DNA from: Clostridiales bacterium
Lineage (GTDB): Bacteria > Bacillota > Clostridia > TANB77 > SIG350
Length of the DNA stretch: 64,000 bases
Direction of reading: 5' to 3'
NCBI GenBank assembly: GCA_015056545.1
Contig: SVGE01000004.1
Coordinates: forward strand, 36,721-100,720
In this document: piece after piece, positions 8,927-18,541 of the stretch
Position numbering within the stretch: the first letter of the stretch is position 1
Layout: each line of letters begins with the position of its first letter
Program-made: the position numbers and the translations under genes
Notes under the pieces: generated by a model
Told to the model about the DNA's origin: nothing
What the model saw: only the letters and a program-made list of their open reading frames with translations
The model's database searches: none

Positions 8927-10195
8927 CTACTTTAATTCCCATGCTTTTTCTTCTGTTGTGCCTCCATCTGGTTCATCTATTACTTGGATATCAGAGCTTA
9001 GAGTAACTACTGGGCGCAAACCATACGCGCCTTCATTATCGTAGCCACTAGAAGTGAATACTTGGGTCCAGTTCAAGCCGCCTAAGTCCACACAGCGCAC
9101 AGCAAAGCAAGCCACATCACAGTCGAACCATATATCCACACAAGAAGAAGACAGCCAGTATTCACTGTTTCCAAAGTTTCCAAAGATTAAGTCCTTTTCT
9201 GTATCTGTCGCTACTGTTGCATCTGTTAAACTTGATTCTACATAACCATAAGAATTTGGAGCATATTCTCCTAGTTCTTTTCCTTCTTCTGGTACTTTTC
9301 TATTTGCTATTGTACTTACTCCTGTCGCTCCACTTGCTTCTAACTCTGCTATTGTTCTTACCCCTGCTGGTACATTATGACCTTCTTCATCTGTTCCAAA
9401 ATAGTCCCAGTTTATTTCGTTATCGCCCCATGTTCTGTCATCTTTTAATAGTTCATTTACATCTTCTATTTTTAAGTTTCTTCCTCCATATACTACTCTA
9501 CATATTTCATCTAATCTATCTGGACCGTATGCATATCCATTTGCTCCGCTTAGATATATATTCTCTACTGGTTCTGCACTTACTAATGTTACTGTATTTT
9601 CATCTTTTTTTAATACTCTCCACATTATATCTTGGTATCCTATTTCATAGCTTGCTGTAGAATAAAGCTTTTTATATATCCATTCTCTTTCATCTTCTGA
9701 TACTGTATATGTTCCTTGTTTCTCTTCTGGTATATTATAATTCACATAATGTCCTACTTGTAACTTTTTTACTACTGAATTTTCTGGTATTGCTCCTTTT
9801 CCTATTCCTAATTCTGCTAACCATATGTTATATGGGTCTTCAGTTCTTGTTCCTAATACTATCTCTCCATTACTTATTGCTATTAAGTCTTTATATTCTT
9901 CTTTTAATTCGGGGATTATTTCTTTTATTTTTTCATATTCTGTTTCATTATATAATCCACCTTCTCCATTTCCGGTTGCTAATTCTATTTGTTTTTCTGC
10001 ATTCTTTACTGCTAGTATTTCTTGATATGTTCGTATATCGCTTTTAAATACTGCTTCTTTTGCCTTCTCTATTATTCCACCTTCCATAAAAGTTACAATA
10101 ACTGCTGCTGTTAATATTATTAGCACAATTATTGTTACGATTAAAGCAACTAGCGATATACCTGATGTTTTTTTACTATTCTTTAAATTTTTCAT
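8927..10195 (-). CDS. pilin-like N-terminally anchored protein with C-terminal CLec-fold-like hypervariable region (putative DGR target), copy 1
   Basis: AGGAGG RBS. N-terminus MKNLKNSKKTSG-ISLVALIVTIIVLIIL (basic leader, Gly, hydrophobic helix). YWLSSS, then a ~117-nt variable segment, then YGLRPVVTLSS. The first 115 aa are 95% identical to the paralog at 21524-22747. Confidence 0.7.
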   Translation of the reverse strand: MKNLKNSKKTSGISLVALIVTIIVLIILTAAVIVTFMEGGIIEKAKEAVFKSDIRTYQEILAVKNAEKQIELATGNGEGGLYNETEYEKIKEIIPELKEEYKDLIAISNGEIVLGTRTEDPYNIWLAELGIGKGAIPENSVVKKLQVGHYVNYNIPEEKQGTYTVSEDEREWIYKKLYSTASYEIGYQDIMWRVLKKDENTVTLVSAEPVENIYLSGANGYAYGPDRLDEICRVVYGGRNLKIEDVNELLKDDRTWGDNEINWDYFGTDEEGHNVPAGVRTIAELEASGATGVSTIANRKVPEEGKELGEYAPNSYGYVESSLTDATVATDTEKDLIFGNFGNSEYWLSSSCVDIWFDCDVACFAVRCVDLGGLNWTQVFTSSGYDNEGAYGLRPVVTLSSDIQVIDEPDGGTTEEKAWELK

Positions 10196-10467
10196 AATCT
10201 CTTCTCCTCCTTAAAATTTAATCTTTTGTTATTACACAATTTTATTGTATAACACTTTCAGTTTTACTTTAACTGTTTCGTTGTAGTTTTTTGTTTTTTA
10301 TTACCTCCTTCCTCGGCTCTTTTTATTTTATTATTACCAAAATATATTTTTATATAATTTGGCAAACTAAAAGAACCTAAGACTACATTACGTTTTCTCG
10401 TAATATATTCTTAAGTTCTTTGCAAAAATTGGCATGTCAATTAAAGATGTTTTTATACTATAAACAT

Positions 10468-10477
10468 CCCCCCCCCC
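10468..10477. repeat. homopolymeric C10 tract (G10 on the coding strand) upstream of the copy-1 target gene
   Basis: Counted directly. The paralogous position in copy 2 has C8. It lies ~25 bp upstream of a TTGACA hexamer on the gene strand. Confidence 0.8.
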
Positions 10478-10654
10478 TAGTATTTAGCACTTTATGGCAT
10501 ATTGCTTTGGTTTTATTTGACATTTTCTTACACCTCTTTTCTTGTTTGTATACTATCATAGGCGTTTTAAAATTTCAATTGTTTTTTTGAAAAAAGGCTA
10601 AAAAATAATTAGAATACATTTTGTACTCTAATTATTTTCTTTATATATTTTTAC

Positions 10655-11410
10655 CTATTTAATTTTTTCAAAATAAATGTGTATATTAGACAATACTCCA
10701 TCATTAAAATAGAATTTTAACTCACTTCCATCTTCTCCATCAATATATGATGTTCCATATATTTTTTTAATTTCTTCTTCTGTTGTTACACCTACATGAA
10801 TATTACCTAATGAAGTACCTTCTGTTACATATACATTATGATAATATACTATATCACAATCATATATATTTTTAGGAGTATTTGAATTATTTTTTATTGC
10901 ACCATACCCAAAAGATAAATTAAAATTACAGTCAATAACAGTATTAGGCTCTACTATAATATTTTCTATTGCTTTTTCTTCTACGATATCTATAGTTTCA
11001 TATCCTAATAAATCTATATATTCTTGAGTATCTCTAACCAAACCAGATATTTCATCATTATTTATTTGATCTTTAATTGTTTGGTAATCTTTAACATCTA
11101 TCTCTTTTACTTCATTAAGTCTGCTAATACTTATTCCTAATTCTCTTGGTGTTTTTGTTAAGTCATAATCTACACCATCAATTGTAATAACACTAATATC
11201 TTTTTTACTTATTTTTTTATATTTATTTTCTTCTTCCAAAAATTCTTCATCTTCTAAATAATATCCATCATCATTTACATCATAATCATAATCATTATTA
11301 TCTTTATCATTATTGTTTGTTACAGCTTTAATAATACAAGCTACAACAAGAATTGCAAATATTGCTATCAATATTAATACTAACATTGTTATTCCATTTT
11401 TCTTTTTCAT
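10655..11410 (-). CDS. hypothetical membrane-anchored acidic protein
   Basis: N-terminal TM (ITMLVLILIAIFAILVVACII) followed by a D/E/N-rich region. Confidence 0.5.
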   Translation of the reverse strand: MKKKNGITMLVLILIAIFAILVVACIIKAVTNNNDKDNNDYDYDVNDDGYYLEDEEFLEEENKYKKISKKDISVITIDGVDYDLTKTPRELGISISRLNEVKEIDVKDYQTIKDQINNDEISGLVRDTQEYIDLLGYETIDIVEEKAIENIIVEPNTVIDCNFNLSFGYGAIKNNSNTPKNIYDCDIVYYHNVYVTEGTSLGNIHVGVTTEEEIKKIYGTSYIDGEDGSELKFYFNDGVLSNIHIYFEKIK

Positions 11411-11434
11411 ATCTTTTCTCCTTTTATATTAAAT

Positions 11435-12826
11435 TTATTTTTTCAAAAACTCTTTGTATCCTTTATATGCCATATAACAGTCATGTTTACTTGTAACTTC
11501 ATATGGTGAATGCATAGATAATACTGGAACACCACAGTCTATAACATCTGCACCTTTATCTGCAACTATATATGCGATAGTTCCGCCACCACCTTCATCA
11601 ACTTTTCCAAGTTCACCTGATTGGTATCTAACATTATTATCTTCAAATATTTTTCTAACATATGCAACATATTCTGCACATGCTTCACTTGAACCAGATT
11701 TTCCTCTAGCACCTGTATATTTTAATAAACAAATACCTTTTCCAATAAATGAACTATTTTTAGGATCTGATACTCCTGCAAATGTAGGGTCAAATGCAGC
11801 ATCTACATCTGATGATAACATTTTTGTATTTATATATAGCTTATTTAATAAATTATAACTTTCTTGTTTTAATTTAACAGCCATTTCCATTAACATGAAA
11901 TCTAATGTATTTGAACACATCCCAGTATTACCCATACTTCCTATTTCTTCTTTATCCATTAACATTGCAACACATGTTTTGTTTGGAATTTCAGTTAAAT
12001 CCATAATAGCTTTTGCTGAAGCAAATGAACATACCCTATCATCTTGACCATAACCAGCTATCATACTTTTATCAAAACCAACAAGTTTTGCTTCAAAGTT
12101 TGGTACTAATTCAAGTTCTGAACTTATGAAATCAGCTTCTGTTATTCCATATTTTTCATTTAATATTTTTAATATATTGTATTTTACTTTTTCATTAGCC
12201 TCTTTATCTTCACTTGGAATATTACCAACTAAAATATTTAAGTCTTCTCCTTCTATTCCTTCAGATAATTTCTTTTCCATTTGTCTTCTAGCTAAATGTG
12301 GTAATAAATCTGTTATAACAAAGATTGGATCATCTTTATCTTTACCAATAGATATTTCTACTTTTTCACCATTAGTTTTAATAATAACACCTCTTATTTC
12401 TAATGGAATAGTTACCCATTGATATTTTTTAATTCCACCATAATAGTGTGTTTTAAATAAAGCAAACCCTTCTGATTCATATAATGGATTTGGTTTTAAA
12501 TCTATTCTTGGTGAATCAATATGTGAACCTATTAAATTAATTCCTTTTTCTAATTGTTCATTACCGATAACTGCTAATAAAATATTTTTATCTCTGTTAA
12601 TATAATATACTTTATCACCTGGTTTTAAAGTTTTACATTTATCTAATTCTTTAAATCCTTGTTTTTTAGCTAATTTTTCAACATATTTAACACATTCTCT
12701 TTCTGTTTTACATTCATTTAAAAAATCAATATATTCGTTTGTATATCCATCTAATGTTTTCATTTCTTTTTTATTTAATGTATCCCAACCGCTTTTTCTA
12801 TTTAATAATAACTCGTCTTTTTTCAT
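11435..12826 (-). CDS. M18-family aminopeptidase
   Basis: 463 aa. GSHIDSPRIDLKPNP and the conserved metal-binding Asp/Glu/His pattern of M18/M42 peptidases. Confidence 0.75.
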   Translation of the reverse strand: MKKDELLLNRKSGWDTLNKKEMKTLDGYTNEYIDFLNECKTERECVKYVEKLAKKQGFKELDKCKTLKPGDKVYYINRDKNILLAVIGNEQLEKGINLIGSHIDSPRIDLKPNPLYESEGFALFKTHYYGGIKKYQWVTIPLEIRGVIIKTNGEKVEISIGKDKDDPIFVITDLLPHLARRQMEKKLSEGIEGEDLNILVGNIPSEDKEANEKVKYNILKILNEKYGITEADFISSELELVPNFEAKLVGFDKSMIAGYGQDDRVCSFASAKAIMDLTEIPNKTCVAMLMDKEEIGSMGNTGMCSNTLDFMLMEMAVKLKQESYNLLNKLYINTKMLSSDVDAAFDPTFAGVSDPKNSSFIGKGICLLKYTGARGKSGSSEACAEYVAYVRKIFEDNNVRYQSGELGKVDEGGGGTIAYIVADKGADVIDCGVPVLSMHSPYEVTSKHDCYMAYKGYKEFLKK

Positions 12827-13136
12827 TAAAAACTCTCCTCCTTAATACATATTATTTACAATACACTTACATTATATGTTTAATATTTTTAAAAGTCAAT
12901 TTTTATTTATTAAATTACATTTTCTTTATATAATTTTTTATTAATTTATGTCAATATTTACATTTTTTCCTTATGTATTTTTGTTGTTTTTGACATTTTT
13001 TAATATTTTTTTATTATTTATAAATTTAGAAATGTTACAGAATTATTACAAATATACTTTTTTACCATTTTCTCTTATCAAATGCAATTTTATGTGATAT
13101 AATGTCGATGGAAAATATATTTTAGGAGGTTTTTTT

Positions 13137-13388
13137 ATGAATAGATGTTCACGTTGCGGATGTTTTTTTGTAGGAAATGATACAGTTTGCTATAACTGTG
13201 TACCATATGATAATAATGATAGAGCTAAGTTAACTGATTTTTGTCAAGGCAATGAAGAAGTTACTTATGAAAATATATTATATAAAACTGGCATTGCACC
13301 TTCTAACTTATCAAGATTTCTAGAAATGCCAGATTATGCAAAAATAGCAAAAATAGTAGACAAAAAGGGAGTGGAATTTTATGAATAA
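13137..13388 (+). CDS. small zinc-ribbon protein (CxxC...CxxC), overlapping tyrS start
   Basis: Extended -10 TGTGATATAAT at ~13094, AGGAGG RBS, ATG at 13137. [11 protein letters not shown]...CYNC cysteine pairs. 8-nt overlap with tyrS. Confidence 0.55.
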   Translation: MNRCSRCGCFFVGNDTVCYNCVPYDNNDRAKLTDFCQGNEEVTYENILYKTGIAPSNLSRFLEMPDYAKIAKIVDKKGVEFYE

Positions 13389-14604
13389 TGTTTGGGACAT
13401 ACTTGAAGAAAGAGATTACATCGAACAAGCTACTTTTGGTGATGAATTAAAAGAATGGTTAGGAAAAGAAAAAACTACATTCTATATTGGTTTTGATCCA
13501 ACTGCAGATAGCTTACATGTTGGACATTTTATCTCTTTAATGGTTGCTTCACATATGCAAAAAGCTGGTCATACACCAATACTTTTAATTGGTGGTGGTA
13601 CTGCAATGATAGGCGATCCAAGTGGTAAAACAGATATGAGAAAAATGCTTACTAAAGAAGAAATTAATCATAATGTTGAATGTTTTAAAGTTCAAATGTC
13701 TAAATTTTTAAGCTTTGAAGGTGAAAACAAAGCTAGAATAGTAAATAATGCTGATTGGTTATTAGACTTAAATTATGTTGAATTCATTCGTGATATAGGT
13801 GTTCATTTCTCTGTAAATAGAATGCTTACTGCTGAATGTTTTAAACAAAGATTAGAAAGAGGTTTATCTTTCTTAGAATTCAACTATATGTTAATGCAAT
13901 CTTATGACTTTTTAGAATTATTTAATAATTATGGTTGTAGATTAGAACTAGGTGGAAATGACCAATGGTCAAATATTTTAGGTGGTGTTGAATTAATTAG
14001 AAAAGTAAAACAAACACCTGCATTTGGTCTAACATTTAAATTATTAACAAATTCAGAAGGAAAGAAAATGGGTAAAACAGTATCTGGAGCTTTATGGCTA
14101 GATCCTAATAAAACATCTCCATATGAATTTTATCAATATTGGATGAATATTAATGATGCTGATGTTAAAAAAGTTCTTTCTTTACTTACATTCTTACCAA
14201 TGGATGAAGTAAATAGATTATCTAGTTTAGAAGGTAGTGAAATTAACCAAGCTAAAAAAGTAGCTGCATATGAAATTACTAAAATTGTTCATGGTGAAGA
14301 TGAAGCTAATAAGGCAAAAGAAGCTGCAGAAGCATTATTTGGGCAAGGTGGAGATATTTCAAATATGCCAACTACTCAAATAAATAAAGCAGACTTTACA
14401 GGAAATATTTTAGATGTTTTAGTTATAACAAACTTAGCTCCATCAAAAAGTCAAGCAAGAACACTAATTGCTCAAGGTGGTATTAGTGTTAATGATATTA
14501 AAATAACAGATATTAATCACATAATATCTGAAGATGATTTTACTGATGGATATGTAATTGTTAAAAAAGGTAAAAAAGTATTCCATAAAGTTGAATTAAT
14601 ATAG
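13381..14604 (+). CDS. tyrS: tyrosine--tRNA ligase
   Basis: HIGH motif (LHVGHF), KMSKS motif (KMGKT), and C-terminal S4 domain. Confidence 0.9.
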   Translation: MNNVWDILEERDYIEQATFGDELKEWLGKEKTTFYIGFDPTADSLHVGHFISLMVASHMQKAGHTPILLIGGGTAMIGDPSGKTDMRKMLTKEEINHNVECFKVQMSKFLSFEGENKARIVNNADWLLDLNYVEFIRDIGVHFSVNRMLTAECFKQRLERGLSFLEFNYMLMQSYDFLELFNNYGCRLELGGNDQWSNILGGVELIRKVKQTPAFGLTFKLLTNSEGKKMGKTVSGALWLDPNKTSPYEFYQYWMNINDADVKKVLSLLTFLPMDEVNRLSSLEGSEINQAKKVAAYEITKIVHGEDEANKAKEAAEALFGQGGDISNMPTTQINKADFTGNILDVLVITNLAPSKSQARTLIAQGGISVNDIKITDINHIISEDDFTDGYVIVKKGKKVFHKVELI

Positions 14605-14607
14605 TTT

Positions 14608-14640
14608 TTAAAGTACTGAAATTTATCAGTACTTTTTTTT
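14608..14640 (+). terminator. rho-independent terminator after tyrS
   Basis: agtactga-aattt-tcagtact hairpin followed by T8. Confidence 0.75.
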
Positions 14641-14705
14641 ATAAAAATATTGAAAATATCTTTTTACGTGATATAATTATACCAAAAGTAAAGGAGGTTT
14701 TTTTT

Positions 14706-15350
14706 ATGGATAAATTACAAGTATTATCTAAACTAAAAGAAGAAAAATTAGTTGCTGTTGTTAGAGCTGAAAGCAAAGAACAAGGCGAAAAAATTATTGA
14801 TGCAATTGTTAAAGGTGGAATTAATTTCATAGAAATTACTATGACAGTTCCTGGTGCAATTGATGTTATTAAAGAATTATCTAATAAATATAAAGATAAT
14901 AAAGATATTGTTATAGGTGCTGGTACAGTATTAGATGCTGAAACAGCTAGAATGGCTATTCTTGCTGGAGCTAAGTATGTTGTTAGCCCATCATTAAGTG
15001 TTGATACTATAAAAATGTGTAACAGATATAGAGTCGCTGTTATGCCAGGTGTAATGACTGTTAAAGAAGCTGTTGAAGCTTTAGAAATGGGTGTAGACAT
15101 ATTAAAAGTATTCCCTGGTAATGCATTTGGTCCAGACATAATAAAAGCATTTAAAGGTCCACTTCCACAAGCTAACTTTATGCCAACTGGTGGTGTATCA
15201 ATAGATAATGTAGATAAATGGCTTGCTGCTGGTGCTGTTGCACTTGGAACAGGAAGTAATTTAACAGCTGGTGCTAAAACAGGTGATTATGATTTAGTTA
15301 CTAAAACTGCTGCTGAATTTGTAGCTGCTGTTAGAAATTATAAAAAATAG
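14706..15350 (+). CDS. eda: 2-dehydro-3-deoxyphosphogluconate / KHG aldolase
   Basis: 214 aa. KDPG aldolase family pattern (VAVVRAE, EITMTVPGA, GAGTVLD). Confidence 0.8.
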   Translation: MDKLQVLSKLKEEKLVAVVRAESKEQGEKIIDAIVKGGINFIEITMTVPGAIDVIKELSNKYKDNKDIVIGAGTVLDAETARMAILAGAKYVVSPSLSVDTIKMCNRYRVAVMPGVMTVKEAVEALEMGVDILKVFPGNAFGPDIIKAFKGPLPQANFMPTGGVSIDNVDKWLAAGAVALGTGSNLTAGAKTGDYDLVTKTAAEFVAAVRNYKK

Positions 15351-15365
15351 TAAAGGAGTTTTGTT

Positions 15366-16460
15366 ATGTTAAATATTAAAGATAAAAAAGACTGTAAATA
15401 TGATGAAGTTTCACTTGGTGAAATAATGTTAAGACTTGATCCAGGTGAAGGAAGAATAAGATGTGCAAGAGAGTTCAAAGCTTGGGAAGGTGGCGGAGAA
15501 TATAATGTTGCTCGTGGTTTAAAAAAATGTTTCAAATTAGATACTGGTGTAATTACTGCATTTGCTGAAAATGAAATTGGTTATTTGTTAGAAGATTTCA
15601 TAATGCAAGGTGGTGTTGATACATCTTTAATAAAATGGATGAAATATGATGGTATTGGTAGAAGTGTAAGAAATGGTATTAACTTTACTGAAAGAGGATA
15701 TGGTGTTCGTGGTGCTGTAGGTACATCAGACAGAGCTAATACTGCTATTTCAAAAGCAACTGCAGAAGATTTCGATTTTGAATATATTTTTGGAACTTTA
15801 GGTGTAAGATGGTTGCATACAGGTGGTATATATGCTGCACTTTCTGAAGAAACTTCTAAAACAGTAATTGAAGCTATTAAAACAGCTAAAAAATATGGAA
15901 CAATTGTATCTTATGACTTAAACTACAGACCATCTCTTTGGAATGGTATTGGTGGAAAAGAAAAAGCTATTGAAGTAAATAAAGAAATAGCAAAATATGT
16001 TGATGTTATGATAGGAAATGAAGAAGATTTTACAGCTTGCTTAGGTTTTGAAATTGAAGGAAATGATGAAAACTTAAAAGAATTAAACATAGATGGATAC
16101 AAAAAAATGATAGATAATGTTGTAAAAGAATATCCAAACTTAAAAGTAGTTGCAACAACATTAAGAGAAGTAAAAACAGCAACTGTAAATGATTGGAGTG
16201 CATTATGCTGGGCAGAAGGTAAAATATATAAAGCTAATGACTATAAAGGATTAGAAATATTAGATAGAGTTGGTGGTGGAGATAGCTTCGCATCTGGTTT
16301 AATCTATGGATTAATGACATATCAAGATGCTGAAAAAGCTGTTAATTATGGTGCTGCACATGGTGCTCTTGCTATGACTACTCCAGGTGATACAACTATG
16401 GCTAATTTAAAAGAAGTAGAAAATTTAATGAAAGGTGCTTCTGCTAGAGTACAAAGATAG
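15366..16460 (+). CDS. kdgK: 2-dehydro-3-deoxygluconokinase (PfkB family sugar kinase)
   Basis: PfkB signature GGGDSFASGLIYGL. Immediately follows eda (KDG/KDPG pathway pair). Confidence 0.75.
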   Translation: MLNIKDKKDCKYDEVSLGEIMLRLDPGEGRIRCAREFKAWEGGGEYNVARGLKKCFKLDTGVITAFAENEIGYLLEDFIMQGGVDTSLIKWMKYDGIGRSVRNGINFTERGYGVRGAVGTSDRANTAISKATAEDFDFEYIFGTLGVRWLHTGGIYAALSEETSKTVIEAIKTAKKYGTIVSYDLNYRPSLWNGIGGKEKAIEVNKEIAKYVDVMIGNEEDFTACLGFEIEGNDENLKELNIDGYKKMIDNVVKEYPNLKVVATTLREVKTATVNDWSALCWAEGKIYKANDYKGLEILDRVGGGDSFASGLIYGLMTYQDAEKAVNYGAAHGALAMTTPGDTTMANLKEVENLMKGASARVQR

Positions 16461-16482
16461 TATTATTAGAAAGGTAAACTAT

Positions 16483-16674
16483 ATGGAAAATAATAAAATT
16501 GTAACTGTTATAGGAATTATACTAATTGCCATTTTAGGATGGATTTTAGTATCAAATATATTTTTCGCTGAAATGGGAAGACAAGTCCACAAAGAAGCAA
16601 ATGACGTTATTAATAATACAGCTGATGATATAAAAAAGTTAGAAGAGAATTTAAAAAATCTAGAAAATAATTAA
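16483..16674 (+). CDS. small single-TM protein
   Basis: Start moved to internal ATG (MENNKIVTVIGIILIAILGWILV) to avoid overlap with kdgK. A bidirectional terminator follows at ~16685-16730. Confidence 0.4.
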   Translation: MENNKIVTVIGIILIAILGWILVSNIFFAEMGRQVHKEANDVINNTADDIKKLEENLKNLENN

Positions 16675-16744
16675 CTATAATAACCAATAAAAAATGAAGT
16701 AAGTTTTTTAGCTTGCTTCATTTTTTTATTGATTATATTATGCT

Positions 16745-17404
16745 CTATAATATTTTATTTCCATTTATCACTAATTCAAATCTAGCTCCTAAAAAATTAG
16801 CTGCTTTTTTTGAAAGTAACATCCTATAAGTAAATATTTCAAAATATTCCATTATTTGAGTTATCTTAGTATCAATTACTAAATCTAACGTTATTGTTTT
16901 TGTTTCTTTATTTGGTATTATTTTAGATTTTTGAACAGAATAATTAACTCTATCATGTATATCAAAATTAGTTTTATTTGGATTACGTACTCTACTTTTA
17001 TGAACATCTGATTTATCTGCTAATATTAACGCAGCAGTTATAGGACTTACTGGTGTTCCTGTTCCTTCATCATGATTTCCTATTGCCATCATAATTTCAG
17101 CCGCTTCTGTATTATCCAATCCAATTTCTAAAAGTGTATAATATGCAAGTATTGCTCCTAAATGAGCATGGTCATTTCTATTTACAGCATTACCAATATC
17201 ATGAAGGTATCCTGCGATTTTACCAAGTTCAATTGTTCTTTCATCATATCCAAATTCTTTTAAAATATTTCCTGTTAATGTTGCTACAAATTTTGCATGT
17301 CTTGTTGAATGTTCTGTATATCCTAATTCATCTAATTGTCTTTGACAATTAATTATAAATGTTTTTATTTTTTCATTATTTTCAATATCTTTTAATTCTA
17401 TCAC
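16745..17404 (-). CDS. HD-domain phosphohydrolase
   Basis: H...HD motif (STRHAKFVATL...GYLHDIGN). Confidence 0.75.
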   Translation of the reverse strand: MIELKDIENNEKIKTFIINCQRQLDELGYTEHSTRHAKFVATLTGNILKEFGYDERTIELGKIAGYLHDIGNAVNRNDHAHLGAILAYYTLLEIGLDNTEAAEIMMAIGNHDEGTGTPVSPITAALILADKSDVHKSRVRNPNKTNFDIHDRVNYSVQKSKIIPNKETKTITLDLVIDTKITQIMEYFEIFTYRMLLSKKAANFLGARFELVINGNKIL

Positions 17405-17406
17405 TT

Positions 17407-17859
17407 TTATCTCCTCACATTACTAAAATTTACACCTATAATACCACCAATAATACCTGATAGCATAGCTGTTATTATCATTATAATTGAATATTTATCT
17501 AAAGTAAAGCCTACTTTTGTTAAACTACTAATTAAATAAACTAATCCTATATATATTGTAGAAATAATTACACCATTAACTAAACCATTACTTCCAATTT
17601 GTCTACAAAATATTAAGGTTGATAAAAATATAGAAAACATGGTTATTCCAATTACTACTGTTGGTATTGTACTATCTGGAACATTAGTATATGCTAAAAC
17701 AAATGAATATATTACTACTAATAAATATGTAAATGCAAATGTAAAAAAACATGCTTTAATAATACTCTTAATCTTATTATTTTCTCGTATTTCTTTAACT
17801 TCTTTATTCAAAAAAATCACCTCATAATATATGTATGAGGCAACCTTTATTTTATTCAT
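17407..17859 (-). CDS. small multi-pass membrane protein
   Basis: 150 aa with four hydrophobic segments. Confidence 0.5.
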   Translation of the reverse strand: MNKIKVASYIYYEVIFLNKEVKEIRENNKIKSIIKACFFTFAFTYLLVVIYSFVLAYTNVPDSTIPTVVIGITMFSIFLSTLIFCRQIGSNGLVNGVIISTIYIGLVYLISSLTKVGFTLDKYSIIMIITAMLSGIIGGIIGVNFSNVRR

Positions 17860-18541
17860 TTAATATTAAATTTGTTCTTATTATCTGATAATCATATATT
17901 GCAAGACCATTTTTTTCAATCGCTTGAATTATATAATCTGGCCTTAAATTATCCTTACTACCAGCTTTTGCTTTCATTTTAATACAAATATCATATTCAT
18001 CATTATCCACATATTTTTCCACATATACATTAATAATAAATGATTTAATATCTATATCTACTTTTGGCTTATCTGGTTTTACTTTTTTATCTACTAATAT
18101 TTCATTTGAATTAAATATATCTATTACTTTTTCAGCTAATTCATCTTTATTATTCTCATGTTCAAATTTAATATATACTTCATATTCAGACTCAATAACT
18201 TTTGCCATTAAGCTTTTATTATCTGTAACATAATTTGCTGTAATTATGTTAAAACCATTTGGTAAATTATTATTTAATCTTTCAATTAATTTATTTTCCT
18301 CCACATCTTCTTCAAGTTCAATTTCAATAATTTCAGATTTACTTATTAATCCTGAACCTGATGGAAGTGCAAATACTATATTAGGTTTTGGATTAAAACC
18401 TTGTGAAAACTTTAATTTAATGTCTGCTCTTCTAAATGTTCTATCAAACATAGTCATTGTATCTAAATGTCCTAAATATTTAACTTCATCATTTTTTTCA
18501 TATATTAGCCTATATTTACTCAAAGCAAACACCTCCTCCAA
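17852..18541 (-). CDS. radical-SAM-associated protein (DUF2344/TIGR03936-like)
   Basis: Translationally overlapped with the upstream TIGR03960-type radical SAM gene, a conserved gene pair. Confidence 0.6.
   Translation of the reverse strand: MEEVFALSKYRLIYEKNDEVKYLGHLDTMTMFDRTFRRADIKLKFSQGFNPKPNIVFALPSGSGLISKSEIIEIELEEDVEENKLIERLNNNLPNGFNIITANYVTDNKSLMAKVIESEYEVYIKFEHENNKDELAEKVIDIFNSNEILVDKKVKPDKPKVDIDIKSFIINVYVEKYVDNDEYDICIKMKAKAGSKDNLRPDYIIQAIEKNGLAIYDYQIIRTNLILNE

Noticed and set aside
9217-10047. Leu/Phe-rich low-complexity ORFs on the plus strand (9217-9660, 9709-10047, 9825-10025), and similarly 22120-22461
   Set aside because: They are antisense to the well-supported minus-strand target genes. 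Their low-complexity LLLFL composition is what AT-rich antisense frames produce, and none has an RBS.
12840-13136. T-box riboswitch upstream of tyrS
   Set aside because: No T-box consensus (AANNNGGGTGGNACCGCG) on either strand. The region is uniformly AT-rich with a plain promoter and RBS.
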